Shown here: positions 8,440 through 16,738 of the stretch, piece by piece
Position numbering within the stretch: the first letter of the stretch is position 1
How the letters are laid out: every line of letters begins with the position of its first letter
Assembly (NCBI GenBank): GCA_041650475.1
Contig: JBAZLD010000005.1
Span: 623-64,622, forward strand
Source of the DNA: Candidatus Babeliales bacterium
GTDB taxonomy: Bacteria; Babelota; Babeliae; Babelales; UASB340
Reading direction: 5' to 3'
DNA length: 64,000 bases
The notes under the pieces: generated by a model
Database searches by the model: none
What the model saw: only the letters and a program-made list of their open reading frames with translations
What the model was told of the DNA's origin: nothing
Translations under genes and position numbers: made by a program

Positions 8440-10050
8440 TTAATTACCTGTAAGTTTACCAACAGGAATAGATGATAAAACATATTTGAGATCATCATCA
8501 CCAAATCTTATGCCACCACCAAAAAATGGAGCTGAGGTTTCTTTACCAAACATGTCATCCATACCAAATGTAGTATAAATATTTTTCATAAAAAATAACT
8601 TATTTATCCATTTAATATAAGGACGTTGATCATACAGACGTTTTGTACCTTTAAAATCAAAAGCTTCTAAAGAAGTAACCCAATGAAATTTATCTGTTTT
8701 CATTGGTACATAATAATCACACGCAACTCCAAAAGTACTTTCAAACATACCAATTCTAAATGCTAATCTATCAAATCGTTTACCAAACTGAAATCCAAAC
8801 AAAATATCATTTTTTCTTCTAGTTGTTTTTTCGATAGTTCTTGCAAATTCCAATTCATCATGAGCTTGTTGTGCCTTAGCATAATCATCAGTTAAATAAC
8901 CAACATTTTCAGGAGTGACTTCATTTCCATCTTTATCATACCATTGCTTATCTTCTCTATCTCGAATTATACTTCCTCTTTGATCTGAAACTAATTGTAT
9001 TTGATAAAAATAATCTTGGGTTGGTCTTAATCTAACACTCATATAACCTTTAGAATTCCAGTCTCTACCAAGCAAACTTTCTGAATGCATATCAACATCA
9101 AGGACAAGAGATTGTGCTTTTGTAAGATAATCTTTTAAACCTCTGATAGATTTTTTAATATCATCATAAGTTTCATCTTCATTTATCAATTTACCTAATA
9201 CACCTTTTCCTGTATTAATTTTTTCTACAACTTGTTCTGCTTCTTTAAAAGTTTCTCTTGCCTGCACTGCCGTTTCATCTATAGTTTGAAAGGCAGTCCC
9301 AACCTTATCGCTTGCATCTCCAACTTTAGGCAAAGTATTATCAGCTAAAACTAAAGCTCCATGTTTTATCGCTGGAAAAGCATCAGTAATAGATGGAATT
9401 CCTGTATCTAAATTACGCATTACACCACGCAAATCAGAAATTGCATAATTTATATTATTTTCATTTTTTTGAAGCGTTTTATTTAAAATATCTGAAAAAT
9501 CCGCCATTTTATCTGCTGCTTTTGCAATTCCATTTAGCGCCAATTTTAAATTTTCTTCACCTCGGGTTGTACCAAAAACATTTTTAAATGAGAAAGCTAT
9601 ATCTTGAACATTTGATGCAATATCTTTAAATTGTTCCAACAAATCTGTAACTGTAGCTGGAGTTTTACCAGGCATAGAAAGCGTACTCCCTGGTAACAAG
9701 TATCCCGTAGAAGGATCTCCCGGCTCAATAACCAAAGATTTTGAACCAATCAAACCTTCCTGTGAAATCATTGCATAAGCATTTTTAGCAAGTTTAATAT
9801 TTTTTCCAACTCGCATGTTAACTTCTGCCTTACCTTCTGGTAATAAATTAATGGATTCAACCCATCCGACACTAACTCCTGCTATTTTTATTGAAGCTTT
9901 TGTGTCAAGTCCACCAGTATCTTCAAAATAGGTTTTATAAAAATCATATTGTGCTCTATCCAACCTCAAAGCACCTATGTTTACACTTAAATATATAAAC
10001 ACACCTACTGCTATAACAATAAAAATTCCAACACGCGTTTCGATTCTCAC
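8440..10050 (-). CDS. MCE/MlaD-domain protein with long helical and beta-rich C-terminal extension
   Basis: 536 aa. It has an N-terminal TM helix, then the MCE pattern (YKTYFEDTGGLDTKASIKIAGVSVGWVESINLL...ISQEGLIGSKSLVIEPG). The remaining ~400 aa are unassigned. Confidence 0.75.
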   Translation of the reverse strand: MRIETRVGIFIVIAVGVFIYLSVNIGALRLDRAQYDFYKTYFEDTGGLDTKASIKIAGVSVGWVESINLLPEGKAEVNMRVGKNIKLAKNAYAMISQEGLIGSKSLVIEPGDPSTGYLLPGSTLSMPGKTPATVTDLLEQFKDIASNVQDIAFSFKNVFGTTRGEENLKLALNGIAKAADKMADFSDILNKTLQKNENNINYAISDLRGVMRNLDTGIPSITDAFPAIKHGALVLADNTLPKVGDASDKVGTAFQTIDETAVQARETFKEAEQVVEKINTGKGVLGKLINEDETYDDIKKSIRGLKDYLTKAQSLVLDVDMHSESLLGRDWNSKGYMSVRLRPTQDYFYQIQLVSDQRGSIIRDREDKQWYDKDGNEVTPENVGYLTDDYAKAQQAHDELEFARTIEKTTRRKNDILFGFQFGKRFDRLAFRIGMFESTFGVACDYYVPMKTDKFHWVTSLEAFDFKGTKRLYDQRPYIKWINKLFFMKNIYTTFGMDDMFGKETSAPFFGGGIRFGDDDLKYVLSSIPVGKLTGN

Positions 10051-10082
10051 AAGTACCCTACCTTGTTACAAAAATTAAAAAA

Positions 10083-11204
10083 TTAAATCCAATACATTTT
10101 TAAGATTTTAAAATATTTTTTTAAAGAATCATCTTTTTTTTCTAAAGATTTTTCTTCTCCTTTTTTTTCCACATACTCCTCCATTTCCTTTATTACCACA
10201 AGCACCTTTTGCTTAACATTATTCACTTTACCACAAGATAGCACAGAATAAACCTTTGGCCCAAATTCTTTAGATAAAATTCCAGAAATATTTTTTAAAA
10301 CCTTAGGACATTCACCAAAAATTGGTGCCATATATTGCCAATTTTTTTCCCAATCAATTCCCCAATCTTTTTTAAAATTTTCAATCAAAACATTAAAACT
10401 CTCTTTTAATTTTTCTGCATCACTTGCCAATGGCTGTCTCAATCCCAAAACAGTCAATAATGCATCAGAAAAAAATAATAATTCCATTTTTTCATCAGCA
10501 GTAAAAACTGTAAATATATCTTGTAACGTTACATTTTTATTTGTTATTTCTCTTTTTTTATTTTGTGCTTTTTCAGGGGGCTCATAATATATATCTAAAA
10601 ATTCAAGATCTGACGCTTCTATTAACTCAGAAACATCATCCAGTTTCTTTTTTCTCTCTTTTAAAAATTCCGTTAATTTTTTTAATATCTCCCCTTCAGC
10701 TAATTTATTTTTTATATGTAGCCCTTGTAATAAAATATTATACTCTTTTTTAAATTCTTGTTTTTCAAAATCAAAAGCTTCATTAATATTTATTTTGCCA
10801 TTCTCACAAGTTATACAAAAACTAACTTCACCCTCAAAACCATCGTTCTTTTCTGTTAGATTAAAAGTTTGCCACCTATTTAAATTAGGTAAAACTTTTT
10901 TTAAAAATTTTTTTATAAAAACACTCTCATCTTGCCTGTCCGTCGTAGCCTTGGCGAAGTCGGATTCTTTTTCTTGAAACTCTTTTTTTTTAGGTTTTTC
11001 TATTGTTAACTGAGAAATCGCTAAATTAATACCACCCAAAGCAAGCATTCTAGCTTGTTCTTTTGATACCATATATTTATCAAAATTTCTGCCAATATTA
11101 ACACTTCTAACAAGTTGTAATGTTATAAAAGTTATAACAGAGAGCATTAATAACGTATATAATAAAATCGATGCTTTTTGTTTTTTAACTAATTTAAATT
11201 TCAT
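10083..11204 (-). CDS. gspK: Type II secretion minor pseudopilin, GspK-like
   Basis: 373 aa. The hydrophobic N-terminus KASILLYTLLMLSVITFITL lacks the Glu5 position, as in GspK. It has a GKININEA motif and occupies the last pseudopilin position of the operon. Confidence 0.6.
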   Translation of the reverse strand: MKFKLVKKQKASILLYTLLMLSVITFITLQLVRSVNIGRNFDKYMVSKEQARMLALGGINLAISQLTIEKPKKKEFQEKESDFAKATTDRQDESVFIKKFLKKVLPNLNRWQTFNLTEKNDGFEGEVSFCITCENGKININEAFDFEKQEFKKEYNILLQGLHIKNKLAEGEILKKLTEFLKERKKKLDDVSELIEASDLEFLDIYYEPPEKAQNKKREITNKNVTLQDIFTVFTADEKMELLFFSDALLTVLGLRQPLASDAEKLKESFNVLIENFKKDWGIDWEKNWQYMAPIFGECPKVLKNISGILSKEFGPKVYSVLSCGKVNNVKQKVLVVIKEMEEYVEKKGEEKSLEKKDDSLKKYFKILKMYWI

Positions 11205-11424
11205 TAATCATCTTATAAAATTCATCAATAGAAAGATTTATTTCTTTTAAAATCGTTCTAATTAAAGGCCTGGATAAGTCTTTATTATGATGAGGAATCG
11301 TAGTTCTACGCCCATCAGGGTGAACATAAAAAGCATGACTCCCTTTTTGTCTTTTAAATTCAAAACCCAACAAAAACAAAACTTTTTCCAGCTTTTTAGC
11401 ATTTACAATTATAAGTTTAATCAA
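11194..11424 (-). CDS. hicA: HicA-family mRNA interferase toxin
   Basis: 76 aa. LGFEFKRQKGSHAFYVHPDGRRTTIPHHNKDLSRPLIRTILKE matches the HicA/YcfA signature (RQKGSH...HPDGR...P.H.KDL). Confidence 0.85.
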   Translation of the reverse strand: MIKLIIVNAKKLEKVLFLLGFEFKRQKGSHAFYVHPDGRRTTIPHHNKDLSRPLIRTILKEINLSIDEFYKMINEI

Positions 11425-11644
11425 CCTTAACCTCTAATTGTTGTACACCAACAAACTCGGGTAAAGAACTTTTATCAGCTTCTTCCATTTCTTCTAGGCA
11501 CAATTCAATAACTTCTTTAAGATTTTTATGCAATTCATCTAAACTTTCTGCTTGAGTGTGTGCTCCTGGAATAGAGGGCACAATGCCTATGTACATTCCA
11601 GACTCCGGATCTTTTTCTATATAACTAACAAATTTCATAAACAC
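11417..11644 (-). CDS. hicB: HicB-like antitoxin (UPF0150 fold only; no DNA-binding domain)
   Basis: 75 aa. DPESGMYIGIVPSIPGAHTQAESLDELHKNLKEVIELCLEEM is the typical HicB N-domain pattern. It overlaps hicA by 8 nt. Confidence 0.8.
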   Translation of the reverse strand: MFMKFVSYIEKDPESGMYIGIVPSIPGAHTQAESLDELHKNLKEVIELCLEEMEEADKSSLPEFVGVQQLEVKVD

Positions 11645-11672
11645 CTTTTTATAAAAATTTTTAAATTTAACT

Positions 11673-12704
11673 CTATCTTCTACCTGGCACTAACTGCATA
11701 GCTATTTTTTTATTAGCTTGTTGTTGTTCTCCAACCTTCTTTTTTTCTTCTTCAGCTTTTTTATCTTTAATCTCTTTTAAAGTTGGATAAGAATAAACTG
11801 GTATTAAACAATTAAAAGAATTACTTCTTTCTAAATTAACATCCCAAAAAGAAATATAAATTTCAATTTTAGCTGGAACTTGTTCCAAAAAGCCTTTATC
11901 TTTTTCAGCTGGTTTTTGATCTTTTTTCTGCTCCGTTGCTTTTGTATCCTGTTCTTTTTTTTGCCTGGCTTGCTCATCTTTCATTTTCGCAATAGTCTCT
12001 TTGCTGGGCCAAATAAAAGATCTAATATATTCTTTTTCTTTTTTGCTATCTTTTTCAATTTCTTTAGGAAAAATATATTCTACAAAAAATTCTTTAATAT
12101 TATCTGCAACTAAATATTTACGAATCAATTCTTTTTTCTCTTTAACAACAAATTCTTCAGATTCTTTAAATTCAACATTTTGCAAATCTGTAATCTCTTT
12201 TCTATAAAGAGAATAAACAATTTTTTCTTTAACACTCTTTTCTTTATTTTTAATTAACTCGTATTTAACTCTTACAAGTCTTGGGTATTTTTTAGAATAT
12301 ATTTGTAATGGATTTGTTGTAATAAAATTAAGACTTTTAAAAAGTTCCCATGTTTTACCCTTTATTCTTTGTGATTCCCCATCATAAATTTGTCCAACAA
12401 AATATTTATATTCTTGGTTACTTTTTTCTTGTTTATCACGCCATAGCTCATTTGGAGCGACGGCGGATTCGTCTTTTTTATCTTTTATTTTTTCATGAAA
12501 TTCTGAAATAAAAGCTGTAGATAAATCATTTTCTAATTGACCAAATAATATATAAACTTTTTGGCTCAAAGAAATAAATTCATTAGCTTTACCAAAATAA
12601 CTAGTTGCATTTTGATAAATTTGAAGCATTCCTAAAATTATTACTATAGAGATAGATAAAGAAATTAACACTTCAAGAAGTGTAAAACCTGCTTTTTTTT
12701 TCAT
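11673..12704 (-). CDS. gspJ: Minor pseudopilin, GspJ position (enlarged, with Lys/Glu-rich inserts)
   Basis: 343 aa. It has the prepilin N-terminus MKKKAGFTLLEVLISLSISIVIILG and sits fourth in the pseudopilin series. Confidence 0.6.
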   Translation of the reverse strand: MKKKAGFTLLEVLISLSISIVIILGMLQIYQNATSYFGKANEFISLSQKVYILFGQLENDLSTAFISEFHEKIKDKKDESAVAPNELWRDKQEKSNQEYKYFVGQIYDGESQRIKGKTWELFKSLNFITTNPLQIYSKKYPRLVRVKYELIKNKEKSVKEKIVYSLYRKEITDLQNVEFKESEEFVVKEKKELIRKYLVADNIKEFFVEYIFPKEIEKDSKKEKEYIRSFIWPSKETIAKMKDEQARQKKEQDTKATEQKKDQKPAEKDKGFLEQVPAKIEIYISFWDVNLERSNSFNCLIPVYSYPTLKEIKDKKAEEEKKKVGEQQQANKKIAMQLVPGRR

Positions 12705-12709
12705 AATTT

Positions 12710-13207
12710 TTATTTAACAACTTGTTCAACAGTTTTTGGAGTAGATACAAATTTTTCTTTTTGTTCTGGATCTAAAACAAAACTTATCATTTTAAAATCT
12801 CTTTTTAATCCCAAACCATTTTGCCACTCTCCAACAGATTCAATCAATTTAACTGAATCTATAAAATTTCTTAATTCAGATTTTTTTTCAATATCAATAA
12901 TTTTATTAATAATTTTTACTCTTTTTTCTTCAGGTTCTTCTATTTCAGTTTTTATTGGTTTGCTTGATTTTGGTGTATCTAAAAAAATTTCTAACAATTC
13001 TTTTTTAATTAAAAAAACTCGATCTAAATATTCTCTATCTTTCCATGTATCAAAAATAGATTTGATTTGCAAATCAGAAAGTATGCCTACAGACATAATT
13101 AAAACAAACATTGCAAGCATAACTTCTAAAAGCGTAAATGCTTTGTTTTTTACAAAACTGGTGCTCCGCGTATTTAAAAATATTTTTTTAAAAAATTTAA
13201 ATATCAT
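12710..13207 (-). CDS. gspI: Minor pseudopilin, GspI position
   Basis: 165 aa. A long leader precedes KNKAFTLLEVMLAMFVLIMSVGIL, a prepilin-type N-terminal helix. Confidence 0.6.
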   Translation of the reverse strand: MIFKFFKKIFLNTRSTSFVKNKAFTLLEVMLAMFVLIMSVGILSDLQIKSIFDTWKDREYLDRVFLIKKELLEIFLDTPKSSKPIKTEIEEPEEKRVKIINKIIDIEKKSELRNFIDSVKLIESVGEWQNGLGLKRDFKMISFVLDPEQKEKFVSTPKTVEQVVK

Positions 13208-13214
13208 TTAATTA

Positions 13215-13790
13215 TTATATTTTTATAAAACCTTCATGCATATCAAAATTTCCCAAAAACGGCTCCATTTTAAAAGTAACTTTTTCTTCTCGCCCATCAC
13301 TTTTTTTAATTAAATAAATTTTTACATCTTGAACCAGGCCATTGGGAATCACATAACAATACGCTTTATTTTTATTTTCAGAAAACTGTTCAACTCTGCC
13401 AATATAAAAAGCATCCATTTTAACTTCTTCTGGCAAATTATATTTTGATTTTGAATACAAAGGCTCAATTTGTTTATATATAAGTTTTTCCGGATTTTCA
13501 GGATCTTTTTCTTCTACTTGAACTGCTACAAAATCTGGTTGATTTTTATTAGGTTGAAAATATAATCTATGAATTTTTTGTGTAGCGATCGCTTCTTGAC
13601 GTGCAATATTAACTAAACCATTAAATTCGCTTAAAACAGTTTTTAAATCAGCTTCGGGTTTTCTTACAACTAACATATAACCGATTATGGTTATCATAGA
13701 ACCTATGACAACCATAACAATCAAAATTTCTAATAAAGTAAATGCTTTATTTTTTGAAAAATTAAACACCATCAATAATATCTTCTCCAC
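13215..13790 (-). CDS. gspH: Minor pseudopilin, GspH position
   Basis: 191 aa with SKNKAFTLLEILIVMVVIGSMITIIG. It overlaps the gspG 3' end; an alternative start is possible at 13772. Confidence 0.6.
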   Translation of the reverse strand: MEKILLMVFNFSKNKAFTLLEILIVMVVIGSMITIIGYMLVVRKPEADLKTVLSEFNGLVNIARQEAIATQKIHRLYFQPNKNQPDFVAVQVEEKDPENPEKLIYKQIEPLYSKSKYNLPEEVKMDAFYIGRVEQFSENKNKAYCYVIPNGLVQDVKIYLIKKSDGREEKVTFKMEPFLGNFDMHEGFIKI

Positions 13791-14193
13791 TACCTGTTGA
13801 AATTATTTCATAATATGTATGTTTATTTTTTTCTCTTAAATTATTTTTACCAACTAAATATTCAAAATCAACTTTCCATGCATCTTCAAGTGCATCTTCA
13901 CCCTTAGCGTAAGGCCCTTGCCATCTTTGAGCTTTTTCAGAAGAAAGCCCTCTTGGAAGTTCAACTAAGGCTCTCAAACCACCTTCAGCTTCAGAGGGAA
14001 AATGCCCCATATCATTATTATATCTAAGAAGAGAGTCTTTTATCCCAGCCATTTTTAATTTTGTTGTACTTTTTTTAGAACCAAGAAACATTTCAGATAC
14101 CTTAGGCCCCAAAATAGCCATAAGTGCTCCTATAATAATAAGAACAACTAAAATTTCCATCATTGTAAAAGCTGAATTTTTTCTTAACACCAT
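13762..14193 (-). CDS. gspG: Type II secretion major pseudopilin GspG
   Basis: 143 aa. It begins RKNSAFTMMEILVVLIIIGALMAILGPK and then shows GspG-like landmarks (GHFPSEAEGGLRALVE, RWQGPY, DAWKVDFEY). Confidence 0.8.
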   Translation of the reverse strand: MVLRKNSAFTMMEILVVLIIIGALMAILGPKVSEMFLGSKKSTTKLKMAGIKDSLLRYNNDMGHFPSEAEGGLRALVELPRGLSSEKAQRWQGPYAKGEDALEDAWKVDFEYLVGKNNLREKNKHTYYEIISTGSGEDIIDGV

Positions 14194-14217
14194 AAAAACT
14201 CCTAAAAATAATTAAAA

Positions 14218-15447
14218 CTAACCTATTTGACCTAAAAATTTTGACATATTCATCATTGGTAAAAATACAGATAAAACAATAAAAGCTACAATTGCTCCTG
14301 TAATTATAGTCATAATTGGAGAAATTTTTGCAACTATTCCATCAGTTACTTCTGCCAACTCAACTTCATAATCATTTCCAACATTTAAAAGCATTTGATC
14401 TAAATTACCAGACTGTTCTCCCGTACTTATCATATAAATCGCAATATTAGGAAAAATTCCCGTATCTTTTAAGTACTTTGATATTTTACCTTCTTTTATT
14501 ATTAAATCTTTAGCTTTTTGTAATTTACTTTTTAAAACCTGGTTATCAATTATTTTTGTTACAATATCTAAACTTTCAGATAAATTAACCCCTGCTTCTA
14601 AGAGCATTCCCAAAGTTTTACAAAATTGTGAAACTGCTTTTATCTTAGAAAAATATGAAGTTAATGGAAATATCAAAAACAATTCGTCTAATTTATATTG
14701 ACCAGCTTTAGTGGATTTCCAATATAAAAAAACACCAACTAAAATTATTATCAAAATAGATAAACTAACATAATTATTTAATATAATTTCTGATACGTTT
14801 TTCAAAAACAAAGTTGGCCCAGGTAAATCTTGAGCACCACCACCCATTTGTTCAAAAAGCTTTGTAATCTTAGGCACAAGAAATACAATTAATCCCACTA
14901 CAATTATAAAAGAAAAAGAAATCATAAAGATTGGATAAGACATTGCCTTTTTTATTCGTTTTTTTGTCTCTTCTTCTTTTTCTAAATATCCGATTAATCT
15001 ATTTAAAATAACATATAACTTTCCACTTGCCTCACCAGCTCTGACCAACTGTACATAAACATTGCTAAATATTTTTGGATATTTTTTTAATTGTGATTCT
15101 AGAGATTCACCAGCTTTTAAACCATCTTTAATATCAAATAAAACACGTTTAAATTTACCTTCAAATTGTTCTATTAAAAGCTCAAAACATTGCAATAATG
15201 GTATACCTGCTTTTAAAAGTACTGATAATTGTTTAGTAAAAAGAATTTTAGTTTTTGTATCAACTTTTTTTTCAAAAATAGTTTTCAAAGAAAAACTTTG
15301 TTCTATTGCACTTACTTCTTCAATTTTTGACGGCATTAAACCTTGGCCTTGTAAAATATTTTTTGCAGACTGAAAAGAAGGAGCATCTATTGTTCCTATA
15401 ATTTTTTTACCCTGTCTATTAAAAGATTCATATTTATAAAGAGGCAT
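14218..15447 (-). CDS. gspF: Type II secretion / type IV pilus platform protein GspF (PilC family)
   Basis: The track ORF is trimmed to MPLYKYESFNRQGKKIIGTIDA (ATG at 15447, preceded by GGAG). It has two GspF-type repeats and three TM segments, the typical architecture. Confidence 0.85.
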   Translation of the reverse strand: MPLYKYESFNRQGKKIIGTIDAPSFQSAKNILQGQGLMPSKIEEVSAIEQSFSLKTIFEKKVDTKTKILFTKQLSVLLKAGIPLLQCFELLIEQFEGKFKRVLFDIKDGLKAGESLESQLKKYPKIFSNVYVQLVRAGEASGKLYVILNRLIGYLEKEEETKKRIKKAMSYPIFMISFSFIIVVGLIVFLVPKITKLFEQMGGGAQDLPGPTLFLKNVSEIILNNYVSLSILIIILVGVFLYWKSTKAGQYKLDELFLIFPLTSYFSKIKAVSQFCKTLGMLLEAGVNLSESLDIVTKIIDNQVLKSKLQKAKDLIIKEGKISKYLKDTGIFPNIAIYMISTGEQSGNLDQMLLNVGNDYEVELAEVTDGIVAKISPIMTIITGAIVAFIVLSVFLPMMNMSKFLGQIG

Positions 15448-15585
15448 TCCTATATCTCCAAAAAACATTTCATTTTTACTTGCAAAAAACTTATTTTAAA
15501 TGCTAGCATATTTAACGTCATAATAAACACATAATAAAATAAGTTAAATATTTTTTAAATAATTTTATAAAAAGGGAGGCAACTT

Positions 15586-16674
15586 ATGAAAATAAAAAAC
15601 TCAATTATTTTTATTTTTTTGTTTTCAATGTTATTTGGAACTAAAATATTTGGAATAGAATCAGAACCATTTAATTCAATGCCATCACAACTTAGTGTAA
15701 TTAGTGTAAAATATTATTTTCAAAATTTAATAAATTCTGGTAGAAATGCAAATTCAATAAATCCTGTCCAACAAAAAGCACAACAAGAACAAATAAATCA
15801 AACAAAACTTAATTTTTTAAAAGAAGTTTACAACGAAAAAGGCTATAAAAGAAAATTGTCTCATGATGGTTCAGATATTTTGGATATTTTGGAATTAAGT
15901 AAAAAATTAAATTTAAATGCTGAATATGACTGTACTTGGATTCGCCTTTTTTATAATAAATATAAAGAAATTAATGAAGGCGATTTTATTCATGATACCG
16001 TTTTAATTCAATTATTAGAATCTCTTTCAAATTTATTAGAAAGGCATTTCAAACAAGAAAATGAATATAGTGCACCAACTTTTGATTTTTTAAAAGAATC
16101 TGTAGAAAAAATACTTTTAAATAAATTTACAGAGCATTTAACAAATTTCCAGAATGACCCAGGTAACTTTCTATCTGATATTTCAAGTGAAATAGGAAAA
16201 AATTTTAGAAAAGAAGTAAAAAAGGCAGAACAAGTTGTAAGTACTCAGGAAGAACAATGGAGATTAAAACAAGCAGTCATAAAACTTCTTGAAATTATGA
16301 CTAGCAAAATTGGATGGTCACTTGCAAATCATGAATCAATATGGCCTTCTGTAGTTGAGATTGCAAATGGATTTCAAAATTTAGGTTCTCATGGAATTCT
16401 CGATCATATGGATGATCTTGATGATTTACAAAAAACATTAACTCTTCGTTTTTGTTATTTTTTAAAAGTAGCGGGATCGCATCTACCTAATACATTTTAT
16501 GATGAAGTAGAAAATGATCTTAAAAGCAGAATAATTTTCTTTTTAGAATCTGAAGAACAAGATGAAGGCATAAAAAGCAAAAAGGAAATTTTGCTAAATG
16601 CAGTTAAAAAAGCTAAAAGCAAAGCCGTAATGTTTGAAAAAACTGGTATTTTACCTGATCAAATTGCTCAATAA
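15586..16674 (+). CDS. Secreted hypothetical protein
   Basis: 362 aa. GGGAGG lies 8 nt upstream. Signal peptide MKIKNSIIFIFLFSMLFGTKIFG. I recognised no motif. Confidence 0.7.
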   Translation: MKIKNSIIFIFLFSMLFGTKIFGIESEPFNSMPSQLSVISVKYYFQNLINSGRNANSINPVQQKAQQEQINQTKLNFLKEVYNEKGYKRKLSHDGSDILDILELSKKLNLNAEYDCTWIRLFYNKYKEINEGDFIHDTVLIQLLESLSNLLERHFKQENEYSAPTFDFLKESVEKILLNKFTEHLTNFQNDPGNFLSDISSEIGKNFRKEVKKAEQVVSTQEEQWRLKQAVIKLLEIMTSKIGWSLANHESIWPSVVEIANGFQNLGSHGILDHMDDLDDLQKTLTLRFCYFLKVAGSHLPNTFYDEVENDLKSRIIFFLESEEQDEGIKSKKEILLNAVKKAKSKAVMFEKTGILPDQIAQ

Positions 16675-16699
16675 AATTTAAAAATAAAATATTAGTTAT

Positions 16700-16738
16700 A
16701 AAAAAAAGCATGTTTATTTTTAAACATGCTTTTTTTTT
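16700..16738. terminator. Bidirectional intrinsic terminator
   Basis: A-tract, agcatgttta, tttt, taaacatgct, T-tract. The 10-bp perfect stem lies between convergent genes and abuts the stop of the minus-strand OMP gene. Confidence 0.7.

Noticed and set aside
10940-10975. Short GC-rich patches inside the gspK-like (about 10940-10975) and gspJ-like (about 12455-12480) coding regions, considered as possible REP insertions
   Set aside because: They remain in frame. I found no convincing hairpin and no shared sequence of 10 nt or more with the transposase arms, so they are probably just local codon composition.
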